A stretch of DNA of 43,165 bases from a bacterium (GTDB lineage Bacteria > Arandabacterota > Arandabacteria > Arandabacterales > JALGWA01), in NCBI GenBank assembly GCA_050125095.1, contig JASFEA010000009.1, positions 1 to 43,165 of the forward strand, written 5' to 3'. The notes beneath the pieces were generated by a model. It worked only from the letters and a program-made list of their open reading frames with translations. It ran no database searches and was not told where the DNA came from. A program made the position numbers and the translations under genes. Position 1 is the first letter of the stretch; every line of letters begins with the position of its first letter. Of this stretch, positions 25,041 to 34,546 are shown in pieces.

Positions 25041-26677
25041 TCCAGCCTTGCCCCCAGTTCGAAGCGGATGGCTCCCGTGAGCCTGTCCCCTTTGTATGTG
25101 AAGGCCGTTGAGCCCTGCGGCAGCACTTCAACGTCGCGGAAGAGCCCGGATGCCTCCAGTGCGTCCTCGATCTGCCTGAGCAGCAACACGGTGTTGTCGG
25201 TATCGACCACCACGCCGCTCGCGGCAAAGGTCCACTCGGAGCGCTCGCCGGGCGACAGAGCCGTCCTGTTGAATGACATCTGGGTGAGCACAATGCCTTC
25301 CGGTACCACCGAGCTTATTTCCCGGAGCACGTCCTCCCAAACCGGGGAGGCTTCGTTTAGAAGTGTGTAGGCATAAGCGCGCGTCTGCGAACCCGGCTCC
25401 GCCTCACCGGCGCTCTCGGCCAGCGAGCCGGCCAGGGATTCCAGGACGAGGCTTTCGGTCTCGGCGGCGTTGGCATAGCGCGCTGCGCTGGAGCTCAGCA
25501 CGCGGCCCGTTATGAATACCGCAAACAGCGCGATCGAGGCCAGCACAAGCCCCATGACAACGCGCCTTTCAACGCCCGACCTAACCGTCCGCCCGGGCGG
25601 CAGGAAGGCCGGCGAAGATGGCCTCAGCGCCAGCAGCGCAAGGCCGATGGCCACGCAGAAGAGGCTCCCGTTGGCGGCCGAATCGACGTCGTCCCCCTTG
25701 TGCATGTAGTCGAGCGGGTCGAAGACCTCGACTCTTGTGCCCGTGTCTTTGCCGAGCACCATCGCCATTCCGGGCACCAGCGAAGCCCCCCCGCAGAGGA
25801 GGATTATGTCGGGAGAGGGCAGGCCGTGCCGGACAGTAGCAAAGGAGAGAGAACGGTGCACCTCGACCACCAGCTGCTCTATTACTTCGCGGACCGACTC
25901 GGCATAGGTGCGTCCCATGAGGTCGTCCTCATCGGCATCCTGGAAGGTGACGGCGGCGCCCGCTGAGAAAATGAGCTCCTGTGCCTCTTCCACCGGTATG
26001 CCGCAGAGGTCCGCGGTTGTTTCGATGAGATTGGAGAGGCCCATCTTGATGGACCTGGAGAAGACGAGGCGGCCCCTGTCCAGGAGAACCAGTTCGGACC
26101 AAGTGGCTCCCATGTTAAAGACGCATGTGGCGTCGGTCTCGACGTCGGGGTATGCCGCCCTCACGCATTCGGCGAGCGCGGTCACATCGGCGTATGCGGC
26201 ATCCGCGGCGGCGCCGCTATCGGCCATTGCGCTGAAGGCCGACGACAACCTTTCGGGCGATGACGCCACTGCCATGACTTCGACTTCGCCGTCCCGGCTT
26301 GGCGCGGTCTCGAAAGCGATCTCGGGCTCGGCCTTGAGATTCTGAGATATGTTCCGGCGGAGAAGCAGGCCAAGTTCGGCCGCCGGCATTGGCGGAAATT
26401 CGAAAATGAATGTCCTCACATCATGTCCGTTGAGCCCGCACGCCCGGATATCCGCCCGCTCGTTCACAAGAGAGGCCGTACGCCCGGAAGGCGCCCCTTC
26501 CTCGTTGACGAGTCGGTGCACCACAGGGCGGCCCCCATGCGTTCCCACGAGGGCGACCTGCGTGTGTCTGGTCCCCGCGTCTATTCCCGCGGCCACGGTC
26601 CGCTTCTTCAGTATGGAGCGGACGCCGGCCTTGAGACGCGCGTCTATGTCATCAATAAGGGTAGATGTCATCTCCAC
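25037..26677 (-). CDS. PilM-PilN fusion (actin-like cytoplasmic domain, TM helix, PilN domain)
   Basis: GIDAG, FNMGA, FSRSIKMG, EVHRSLSF, LCGGASLVPG, VAIGLAL, then a TM helix and VLREISSVVPEGIVLTQM...SGLFRDVEV. Confidence 0.8.
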   Translation of the reverse strand: MEMTSTLIDDIDARLKAGVRSILKKRTVAAGIDAGTRHTQVALVGTHGGRPVVHRLVNEEGAPSGRTASLVNERADIRACGLNGHDVRTFIFEFPPMPAAELGLLLRRNISQNLKAEPEIAFETAPSRDGEVEVMAVASSPERLSSAFSAMADSGAAADAAYADVTALAECVRAAYPDVETDATCVFNMGATWSELVLLDRGRLVFSRSIKMGLSNLIETTADLCGIPVEEAQELIFSAGAAVTFQDADEDDLMGRTYAESVREVIEQLVVEVHRSLSFATVRHGLPSPDIILLCGGASLVPGMAMVLGKDTGTRVEVFDPLDYMHKGDDVDSAANGSLFCVAIGLALLALRPSSPAFLPPGRTVRSGVERRVVMGLVLASIALFAVFITGRVLSSSAARYANAAETESLVLESLAGSLAESAGEAEPGSQTRAYAYTLLNEASPVWEDVLREISSVVPEGIVLTQMSFNRTALSPGERSEWTFAASGVVVDTDNTVLLLRQIEDALEASGLFRDVEVLPQGSTAFTYKGDRLTGAIRFELGARLE

Positions 26678-27338
26678 CGCCCGGGGCCATGTCCGGCCCG
26701 TAACTTATGAATTGATTGCTTTGCACCTGGTATTCACTGAGCCATTCGTCGCGGCGGTACGATTCGTCAGCGAGGTATCCGCCGCCGAAGAGGTCATCTA
26801 TGGAGCTCGCATAGAAGCCGTTGTTGGCGGCATAAGCCTGAGCCGCCACCTTGATGACTTCGAGCTCATCTCGAATCCTGTCGGCCTTGCGCTTGTAGAC
26901 CGACGTCGCGTCAACGGTCATGGCCATGTCATCCGAGTTGCCCGGGATTCCGTCGGGACCGTTGCTCGTTACGCTGCAGGAGGCCGTGCCCCATGTGTGG
27001 GCATAGACCAGGGCCCTGTTCCAGGCGTCCATCACGAACTCGTTGTCCTCGAAACCCTCGGATATGTACGGGCCGTTCCAGCCGGTCACGCCGGGGTCGG
27101 TCACGAGGTCGGCCAGATCGGATTCGGCATCACCCGTCGCCGTGGGGAATTCGTCGACATCGGCGTAATAGGAGAGAAGAGCTTCTTTGAGCGCTCCCAT
27201 GCGGTCTTCGCTTGCGTCGATCTCGGCATTGAGCACGGACGTCCCTATCACGGTTCCCACTATGCCCGCGAATATGGAGATGATCGCGAGCACCACTATC
27301 ACCTCGAGAAGCGTGAATCCATCTTCCATCACTTTCAC
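26652..27338 (-). CDS. Type IV (pseudo)pilin with two GspG-like head repeats
   Basis: Prepilin motif G/FTLLEVIVVLAII. WNGPYI...DAW...SNGPDGIPGNSDD and a second DEW...SYGPDMAPGGGDDI. Confidence 0.85.
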   Translation of the reverse strand: MKVMEDGFTLLEVIVVLAIISIFAGIVGTVIGTSVLNAEIDASEDRMGALKEALLSYYADVDEFPTATGDAESDLADLVTDPGVTGWNGPYISEGFEDNEFVMDAWNRALVYAHTWGTASCSVTSNGPDGIPGNSDDMAMTVDATSVYKRKADRIRDELEVIKVAAQAYAANNGFYASSIDDLFGGGYLADESYRRDEWLSEYQVQSNQFISYGPDMAPGGGDDIYPY

Positions 27339-28531
27339 CTTCTTATGAGCATCAGCATCCTGTATAGCGGCAGGAAGATGCTCAGTGCCACAACCGCCAC
27401 GGCCACGCCCATGACCACGGTAACCAGCGCCTCGAAAGCCGTCATGATGCGGGCAACCGCCGGCCTGACCTCGCGGTCGTATGCCTGGCTCGCCTTCTCG
27501 AGCATGGTCGCGAGCGCCCCCGTGGTCTCGCCCACCGACACCATGCGCACGAAAAGCGGCGGAAAGAGCCCCGTCCCCTTGAGCGAATATGCCACGGAGT
27601 TTCCGGAGCTCACGCTCTCGGCGACCTGCCTTCCGGCCTGCACGAAATGGAAGTTGCCCGTCGCGAGGCCAGCCAGGTCGATGGCGCTTATTATGTCGAC
27701 GCCGGAGCCCACCGTGGTCGCCAGCGTGTGGGAGAAGCGCGTCAGCGCCAGTTTCCGGAGGAGCTCCCCGACTATGGGCACATTGAGCTTTACCCAGTCA
27801 TACGTCCGGCGGCCGGCATTCGTGGTCCCGAACACCTTCGCGAGCACCGCCAGCGCTACCGCGCCCGCCAGCACGAACGGCCAGTACTCCTTGAGGAACA
27901 ACGCTGTTCCCAGGAGAAGCCTGGTAGGCAGGGGGAGGGGGAAGCCTTTCCTGGCGAAAATCGCCGCGAAGCGCGGGAGGATGAAACCCACGAGAAGCGT
28001 GATAACGACGCTCAGAACGATCCCCACGATTACGGGGTACGCCGCCGCCTGCTTTATCTTCGATGCGACTTCCTCTTCCCATTCAAGGTAGGACACCAGC
28101 CTTTCGAATACGCTCTCGAGGCTGCCCATTTCCTCGCCGGCCCTGACGGTATTGATGTAGAGCGCGCCGAAGTTGGTGGGACTGATTTCCATGGCTCCCG
28201 AGAGGCTCCTGCCCCTCCGGAGCTCATTCGCGATGCTGTCTACGGTTTCCTTGAGAAGCATGTTATCGCTTTCGCTGCTTATGTCCTCAAGGCCCTCGAG
28301 AAGGGGTATACCGCTCCCGGCGATCGACGCGAGCTGCGCCGTGAAAGCTATCAGTTCCTTGCGCGGCAGCCTGTGAGACAGGCGGCGGGGCTTGGCCACC
28401 ATCTTCGACGAAACCAGATAGAGGCCCGAGTCCTTGAGCCCGGTCTCGAGGTCTTCAGGTCCGTCGGCAGTAGCCACACCGCTGACCGCCTTGCCGAGCT
28501 GGTCTCTTGCCTTGTACTTGTAATAGGGCAT
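27335..28531 (-). CDS. GspF/PilC inner-membrane platform protein
   Basis: MPYYKYKARD start (ATG 28531), FTAQLA, SGIPLL, G.SLS.AM, AGEEMGSL, KIKQAAAYP, LPLPTR, VGETTGAL, IFLPLY. Confidence 0.92.
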   Translation of the reverse strand: MPYYKYKARDQLGKAVSGVATADGPEDLETGLKDSGLYLVSSKMVAKPRRLSHRLPRKELIAFTAQLASIAGSGIPLLEGLEDISSESDNMLLKETVDSIANELRRGRSLSGAMEISPTNFGALYINTVRAGEEMGSLESVFERLVSYLEWEEEVASKIKQAAAYPVIVGIVLSVVITLLVGFILPRFAAIFARKGFPLPLPTRLLLGTALFLKEYWPFVLAGAVALAVLAKVFGTTNAGRRTYDWVKLNVPIVGELLRKLALTRFSHTLATTVGSGVDIISAIDLAGLATGNFHFVQAGRQVAESVSSGNSVAYSLKGTGLFPPLFVRMVSVGETTGALATMLEKASQAYDREVRPAVARIMTAFEALVTVVMGVAVAVVALSIFLPLYRMLMLIRR

Positions 28532-28575
28532 TTGAGGCTCACTTTTTAGGCGCCTGTAAACCTGCGGGGCGCCTC

Positions 28576-29118
28576 CTACTTGAGCATGATGGCGATGTCG
28601 TCGCCTTCCGGAGCGGAGTCCCGTTCGTCCGTCTCGATATCGCCGTTGGGACCCGCGCACACTATCCACGCATGCTCGTTGGGATTGGTGAAGCCTCTCA
28701 CCCAGAACCTGTACTCATTGCCCCAGGGGTCGGCCTCGACTCTCTCGAGATAGGGGCCCCGCCATTGGGGGTAGTTCCTGGTGTTCACCGTCAGGTGATT
28801 GTAGAACGTGTCGTACTGCCCGCTGGGCCAGCTGGCGCCGCTGTATCCGGGGTCGGTGGCGTTGCTCGAATCGAGTCTCTCGTAGTACTGGTTCGGCGAG
28901 CCATTCGTATTCGAGAACGGCCACGCGCCCGTATCCCTGTGGAAGAGCAGCACCGAACTCGCGATGTTCTTGACATCCGCCTCGGCCCTCGCGATCTTGG
29001 CCTCTTCGACCCTGTCGAAAATCATTGGGACGAGAACACCGGCCAGGACGCCGATGATTGCGGCAACCACGAGGACCTCAATCAGCGTAAAACCTCTCTG
29101 GTTGAAGAATCTCGTCAT
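28576..29118 (-). CDS. GspG-like major pseudopilin
   Basis: MTRFFNQRG/FTLIEVLVV (ATG 29118 after a purine-rich SD), WRGPYL..VEADPWGNEY, AGPNG, GDDI. Confidence 0.9.
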   Translation of the reverse strand: MTRFFNQRGFTLIEVLVVAAIIGVLAGVLVPMIFDRVEEAKIARAEADVKNIASSVLLFHRDTGAWPFSNTNGSPNQYYERLDSSNATDPGYSGASWPSGQYDTFYNHLTVNTRNYPQWRGPYLERVEADPWGNEYRFWVRGFTNPNEHAWIVCAGPNGDIETDERDSAPEGDDIAIMLK

Positions 29119-29276
29119 GTCCTCTCTCCTCTGCTTGGTCCCTGGACTTCCGGACCACCGTTTGGCACATGCGGACTCATGTCCGCCTCCTGCCTGTCTC
29201 TCACTCTGGGGCTTCCCGCACAAGCGCGGGCATTTCAGGAATCGAGTCACCTCCTCTTCGATCTCCCTTTTGGCTT

Positions 29277-30944
29277 TCAATCATTGCCTCGTTCCTCACT
29301 TCCGGCGGCTTCTTCCGCCGTAGTCACGCGCAGGACTTCCTCCAGCGTCGTCCTGCCCTCGCGGGCTTTCCGGAGCCCGTCCTGCCTGAGGGTCTGCATG
29401 CCCTCGCTTATGGCGATCTGCCTCAGGGTGTCGCTCGGCACCTGGCGCATCACGGCGTCCCTGACGGCAGGGGTTGTCGAAAGCACTTCGAATATCCCCG
29501 ATCTTCCGAGATAGCCCGTGTCATGGCATACTCGGCAGCCCTTGCCCTGGTAGAACTTCCCGGACCCCTTCTGTATGTTGAGGCGCTCGATGAGGTAGTC
29601 GGGCGGGTCGACCGGTCGCTTGCACTTCTCGCAGATGAGCCGCACCAGCCTCTGGGCGACCACGCAGTGGACCGATGAGGCCACGAGGAAAGGCTCGATG
29701 CCCATGTCGATAAGGCGAGCGAACGCCCCCGCCGCGTCATTGGTGTGAAGAGTCGAGAATACGAGATGGCCGGTCAGCGCCGAGCGTATTGCGATCTCGG
29801 CGGTCTCACCGTCCCTGATCTCGCCTACCATCATGACGTCCGGGTCCTGCCTCAAGAGAGCGCGCAGACCGTTGGCGAAAGTATAGCCGGCGACCGGGTT
29901 CACCTGGGTCTGCCTGATGAGGTCGAGCCGGTATTCCACCGGGTCCTCGATGGTCATGATGTTGAGCCGGGTGGAGGATATCTTGCTTAAGGCCGAGTAG
30001 AGCGTCGTCGTCTTGCCCGAGCCCGTGGGGCCGGTCACGAGTATCATGCCGAAGGGCCGTTCGATGGCCTGCTCGAAGACCTTGAGCCGGTCGCGGTCGA
30101 GGCCCAGGTTGGCGGTCCCCATCAATATGCTGTCACGGTCGAGAAGCCGGAGCACGACGTTCTCGCCGACCACCGTGGGCTGAACCGAAACCCTGATGTC
30201 CACCTGCTTGCTCCCGACCTTGAGCTGTATGCGCCCGTCCTGCGGAACCCTCTTCTCGGCGATGTCGAGCCTGGCCAGGATCTTGACGCGCGTTACAAGG
30301 GTGGACTCGAGGCTCTTGGGGAGCGACATGATCTCCTTGAGCACGCCGTCCACGCGCTGCCTGACGCGCACGAAATCCTCCTCGGGCTCGATGTGCACAT
30401 CACTGGCTCCCTCCTTGATGGCCTTGGCGAGCAGGTTGTTCAATATGCTGGCCGCGGAGACCTCATCCTCACGCGACGCGGGCCGGGGCCTGCCGGTCTG
30501 GCTCTTGGTGTCACCGAGGTACTGCTCGATTACCTTCTCGACCTCCGAAGCGGTGGCCAGAACGGGCTCGACCCTGAGCCCCGTATAGGCCTGCACCTCG
30601 TCGATTGCGAATACGTCGAGCGGGTCGGCCATGGCCACGGTGAGCGAGTTCCCGATTTCGAACACTGGAACGAGCTTGTGGCGCCTGGCCATCTCTTCGG
30701 GTACCTTGCGCGCGACCGCCTCTTCGATGATGTACAGGGAGAGGTCGATTGACGGGGTTTTGAGCCTGTCGAGAAGGGCTGAATTTTCTCCGGCCTCAGC
30801 GGCTCCCGCCGCTTCGCCTGCTTGCTCGTCCTCTTCGGGCTCTATCTTAAGAACAGGAGATTCGGGTATTTGCTCGTGGTCTTCGCCGGCCGCGCCCGCG
30901 GAGAGTGCGGTTTTGTCCCCGGTGATCATGCTCCCACCTTCCAT
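29277..30944 (-). CDS. GspE/PilB assembly ATPase
   Basis: ASDVHIEP, RVDGVL, LDIAEKRVPQDG, Walker A GPTGSGKTT, TIEDPVEY, LRQDPDVMMVGEIRD, TGHLVFSTLHTND, CEKC...CRVC zinc motif. Confidence 0.95.
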   Translation of the reverse strand: MEGGSMITGDKTALSAGAAGEDHEQIPESPVLKIEPEEDEQAGEAAGAAEAGENSALLDRLKTPSIDLSLYIIEEAVARKVPEEMARRHKLVPVFEIGNSLTVAMADPLDVFAIDEVQAYTGLRVEPVLATASEVEKVIEQYLGDTKSQTGRPRPASREDEVSAASILNNLLAKAIKEGASDVHIEPEEDFVRVRQRVDGVLKEIMSLPKSLESTLVTRVKILARLDIAEKRVPQDGRIQLKVGSKQVDIRVSVQPTVVGENVVLRLLDRDSILMGTANLGLDRDRLKVFEQAIERPFGMILVTGPTGSGKTTTLYSALSKISSTRLNIMTIEDPVEYRLDLIRQTQVNPVAGYTFANGLRALLRQDPDVMMVGEIRDGETAEIAIRSALTGHLVFSTLHTNDAAGAFARLIDMGIEPFLVASSVHCVVAQRLVRLICEKCKRPVDPPDYLIERLNIQKGSGKFYQGKGCRVCHDTGYLGRSGIFEVLSTTPAVRDAVMRQVPSDTLRQIAISEGMQTLRQDGLRKAREGRTTLEEVLRVTTAEEAAGSEERGND

Positions 30945-30948
30945 CGGG

Positions 30949-31326
30949 CTACTCGGCCGCCGCCTTGGATCCGGTAAGCTGCTTCACGGCCGCTACGACT
31001 TCCTCGGGCTGGAACGGCTTGGTGATATACTGGTCGGCTCCGGTGTGATAACCGGTGTCGCGGTCGGACTGCCGCGCCCTGGAGGTGACCATGACGATAG
31101 ATATGTCCGCGAAGTTCTCGTCGTACTTGAGCATGCGGCAGATCTTGTAACCATCGAGCCCCGGGAGCATGACGTCGAGAATGATGGCGTCGGGGTGAAG
31201 CTCCCGGGCCAGGCGCAGGGCCTCCAGCCCGTTGTTGGCCTCATGGCAATTCATGCCCGCTTCCGTGAAGGCGTCGGTCAAGATTCTTCTCACAAACTTG
31301 TCGTCATCGACTATGAGAATCTCCAT
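30949..31326 (-). CDS. Single-domain response regulator (receiver)
   Basis: ILIVDDD, LDVMLPGLDG (phospho-acceptor Asp), MVTS, GADQYITKPF. Confidence 0.92.
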   Translation of the reverse strand: MEILIVDDDKFVRRILTDAFTEAGMNCHEANNGLEALRLARELHPDAIILDVMLPGLDGYKICRMLKYDENFADISIVMVTSRARQSDRDTGYHTGADQYITKPFQPEEVVAAVKQLTGSKAAAE

Positions 31327-31355
31327 AGGGTATGCCTCTCCTTTGTCAGGTAGAT

Positions 31356-31383
31356 ATATCGGCAGAATGCGGGGAAATGTTAG
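31356..31383 (-). promoter_or_regulatory. Sigma28 (FliA/SigD/WhiG)-like promoter
   Basis: Minus strand CTAAC-N15-GCCGATAT, about 30 nt upstream of the receiver gene start. Confidence 0.55.
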
Positions 31384-31404
31384 TTCTTTAGGTAGGTATT
31401 GTGT

Positions 31405-32736
31405 TTAGAGGATGGGAAGGTATTTCTTTAGCTCGTAATCAGTTACCTCGATCCTGTAGCGGTCCCACTCTATCTTCTTGTTCTCGATGAACTTCTCGAA
31501 AAGGGAGTCCCCGAAGACCTCCTTAACGAGCGCGCTTTCGGACAGCGCGACCGTTGCCGCGTAGAGGCTGTCCGGCATGTACTCGATGCCGTGGTCCCTG
31601 CGCTCGGCCTCGCTCATCAAGAAGACGTCGAGCTCCACGGGGTCGGGGATCTCGTAGCTCTCCTCGATTCCCGTAAGGCCCGCCCCCAGCATCACCGCGA
31701 ATGCGAGGTAGGGATTGCAGGCGGGGTCGGGGCTCCTGTATTCGACGCGCCTCGGGATGTCCTTCTCGGGCTTCTCGATGGGCACCCTCACAAGGGCCGA
31801 CCGGTTCTTTGAGCCCCAGCATATGTAGGCGGGCGCCTCGAAGCCGGGCACGAGCCGCTTGTATGAGTTCACCCACTGGTTGGTCACCGCGGCTATCTCG
31901 CTCGAGTGCTTGAGGAGCCCGGCCGCGAACTGCCTGGCCAGCCTGGACATGCCGTGATCGTCACGGCGGCCGTAGAAGGCGTTCTTGCCGTCCTTGAAGA
32001 GCGACATATGAACGTGCATGCCGCTTCCGTTCTGGCCCTTGAGCGGCTTTGGCATGAACGTGGCATAGACGCCTTCCTGTCTCGCGACTTCCTTGATGAC
32101 GAACTTACTCGTCATGATGGCGTCGGCGATCCTCAGGGCCTCATCGAACTTGAGATCGATTTCATGCTGGCTCGTTGCGACCTCGTGATGGCTGCCCTCT
32201 ACGTCAAGGTCCATGGCCTGAAGCGTGAGCACGGTCTTCTCCCTGAGGTCCGTCCTCACATCCAGGGGCGCGAGATCGAAATAGCCGCCGTGGTCCAGCA
32301 CCTTTGTGGTGTCCGAGTCCGCGAAGTAGAAGAACTCTATCTCGGGCCCCATATAGGCGGTGTACTTCTTCTTGGCGATTCTCGCGAGCACGCGCTTCAG
32401 GATATACCTTGGGTCGCCCTCGAAGGGCTTGTGATAGGGGTCGACGATGTCGCAGATCATCCTTGCGGTGGTAGCTTCGCCCCGCGTCCACGGGAGCACC
32501 TGGAAAGTCGAAGGGTCGGGCAGCGCCGTCATGTCGCTCTCGAAAATCCTGGCGAACCCCTCTACCGAGGACCCGTCGAAGCTCTGCCCCTCTTCGAGCA
32601 CGCCTTCAACCTGGGAGGACGGGAGTGTTATGGCCTTGAGCTGGCCCAGAATGTCCGTGAACCAGAGCTGCACGAACTTGATGTCGTTTTTCTTACACGC
32701 GGCCAGGACTCTCTTGCGGGCCTCGCGGGTGCTCAT
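31405..32736 (-). CDS. glnA: Glutamine synthetase type I (short, GSI-alpha-like)
   Basis: FTDILG, FDGSS, ESDM, GPEIEFF, HHEVA..QHEI, FMPKP..GQNGSGMH, NSYKRLVPGFEAP, NRSALVR, EYRSPDPACNPYL. Confidence 0.93.
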   Translation of the reverse strand: MSTREARKRVLAACKKNDIKFVQLWFTDILGQLKAITLPSSQVEGVLEEGQSFDGSSVEGFARIFESDMTALPDPSTFQVLPWTRGEATTARMICDIVDPYHKPFEGDPRYILKRVLARIAKKKYTAYMGPEIEFFYFADSDTTKVLDHGGYFDLAPLDVRTDLREKTVLTLQAMDLDVEGSHHEVATSQHEIDLKFDEALRIADAIMTSKFVIKEVARQEGVYATFMPKPLKGQNGSGMHVHMSLFKDGKNAFYGRRDDHGMSRLARQFAAGLLKHSSEIAAVTNQWVNSYKRLVPGFEAPAYICWGSKNRSALVRVPIEKPEKDIPRRVEYRSPDPACNPYLAFAVMLGAGLTGIEESYEIPDPVELDVFLMSEAERRDHGIEYMPDSLYAATVALSESALVKEVFGDSLFEKFIENKKIEWDRYRIEVTDYELKKYLPIL

Positions 32737-32884
32737 TATACAGTCCTCCCCTTGATTAGCCGGGCGTTATATCGACAGGATTCACTTGCGAGAATAGTAC
32801 TATGTTTATCCCGCGAGGCAAGCTCGAAAGAAGCCGTCCGGGCACGCGCCCCGCGGCCCTTCTAATAAGCGGGTTTGCCGGCCC

Positions 32885-34321
32885 TTATTTCTCCGGCGGC
32901 TTCGTCCACGTACTCCCGAGCCTGCCGCAGCCGGCAACGTCGAGGCATGGCGAATCCTTCGAGAGGGTGAAGTCCATCTTCCCGACGTCGGTGAACATGG
33001 GGTCCTGGGCTATGTTGTCCCTGAGCCCCATCTCGGCGGTTGCCCGGCCACCGAAGTCCGATGGCTGGTTGTCCCAGAGGTCCACGCAGGCAAAGGTCAC
33101 TCTTGACCCGGTGTCATCGCAGTGTATTCCGCCGCCGCTACCGTGATGCGCGATTATGGACATCTCGATATAGGGGGCGGCCCCGTTGGTCCAGACGGCC
33201 CCGCCCTGTGCGGCTGCGTTTGCGGCGATCGTCGCCCGGACGATCCTGGGGGATGCGCCCATGTTGCATGCTATGCCGCCTCCCATGTCGGCCTCGTTCC
33301 CCACGATGAGAACATTCTCTATGAACGGGGACGAGGCGTTGCAGAAAATGCCGCCGCCGCGCATGGCGTGATTGCCGTGCACAATGAGGTTCCTTAAGAC
33401 GGGGGAGGAGGCGTTGCGTATCGCGATGCCCCCGCCGAAGTGGCCGTGCCCGCCGGTGACGACGAAGCCGTCGAAAACACAGGTCGAGTCCTCCGAGAGC
33501 CCGCCGATGACGGCGGTACCGCCGTCTTCTGCGTCTATTATGCTGGGAAAGGCCGTGAGATCGCGCTCGCTGAAGTCGGGGCTGTAGCTCCCGAGTATGC
33601 TGACGCCGTTCCGCAGGTAAACGCTCTCGTGATACGTTCCCCCCGCTACCGCCACGGTGTCTCCCGGGATCGACCGCCTTACGGCGGCGCCGATTGATGG
33701 CGCGTCCCCGGTCCCGTCGGGCGTGATGCGCCAGGTCCGGTTTCTCATGTAGAGATATTGCGAGATTTCCGTGCCCAGCGCGCCTCCGGCGCCGCCCCTG
33801 CCCGTGAAAATGACCTCGGAGACGCCGGGCATGGCGTGGTTGCAGTCGACGACCGCGACGGCGCCCTCGGCTTCCGAAGGCACCACTTCTATTATCCCGG
33901 GCGATGTCACCGTAACGCTGAGCCATCCCAGCACCAGCGGTTCGCCCCCCTTCATGCATTCTCCGAATAGTACGTTGGTGTGGTCTCCCGGATGATGTAT
34001 CGCGCCCACGCGCATGGTGCCGCAGTCCTGCCATGCGGGATCCGTCCATGTTTCGGGCCAGGTGAGCCCGAAGGCGGCACCTATGACCTCCTCATAGTCA
34101 TAGAGAACCACGAACGCGTTTATCCTACCCACGCCGCCGTATGTGGAGGTGATGTTCTGCCGAGTTATTTCGGGCATATTGCTGTGACAGGATCGCGGGA
34201 TGTGCTTCTCGATATGAACGGCGACCTTGGGCGCCGCCCCCGCGGCGAGCGCCGGCGCGTAAGACATGATAAACAAGCCAACTGCGAGTAGGGGAATAAG
34301 TGCAAAGTCCTTCATCTTCAT
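32885..34321 (-). CDS. Secreted protein: unknown Cys-containing N-terminal domain plus right-handed beta-helix
   Basis: Start ATG 34321 after GGAGG, signal peptide, PDGTGDAPSI, GDTVAVAGGTYHE, repeated N.A..GGGI.C, QDPMF...DSPCLD. Confidence 0.82.
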   Translation of the reverse strand: MKMKDFALIPLLAVGLFIMSYAPALAAGAAPKVAVHIEKHIPRSCHSNMPEITRQNITSTYGGVGRINAFVVLYDYEEVIGAAFGLTWPETWTDPAWQDCGTMRVGAIHHPGDHTNVLFGECMKGGEPLVLGWLSVTVTSPGIIEVVPSEAEGAVAVVDCNHAMPGVSEVIFTGRGGAGGALGTEISQYLYMRNRTWRITPDGTGDAPSIGAAVRRSIPGDTVAVAGGTYHESVYLRNGVSILGSYSPDFSERDLTAFPSIIDAEDGGTAVIGGLSEDSTCVFDGFVVTGGHGHFGGGIAIRNASSPVLRNLIVHGNHAMRGGGIFCNASSPFIENVLIVGNEADMGGGIACNMGASPRIVRATIAANAAAQGGAVWTNGAAPYIEMSIIAHHGSGGGIHCDDTGSRVTFACVDLWDNQPSDFGGRATAEMGLRDNIAQDPMFTDVGKMDFTLSKDSPCLDVAGCGRLGSTWTKPPEK

Positions 34322-34546
34322 GGCCTTCCTCCGGCACTGCGTGCCAAGCATGATCACGATCTTAAGGAACCCATTTGGTGTTAATTCTCGCTGTTGCTTC
34401 AGTCTATCGAAATGTGGAGCGCATAACCACCAAATTGTGGAGCGCGAGAAATCGCTTTAGCTCAGAGTTCCGATTGCTTATCCTAAACCTGGTAGGGCGC
34501 TATATCAGGTATGACAGGCATGTCGGGAAGTATAGGAGGTTAGACT

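Noticed and set aside
26349-28091. Long plus-strand ORF of 580 aa, and similar ones at 3687-5129, 2144-3316, 6222-7409 and 6995-8221
   Set aside because: Antisense shadows of well-supported genes in GC-rich DNA, with no recognisable motifs.
29119-29280. N-terminal extensions of GspG (to 29280) and GspF (to 28669)
   Set aside because: The prepilin motif and SD support ATG 29118. The family-typical MPYYKY start and overlap with GspG support ATG 28531.
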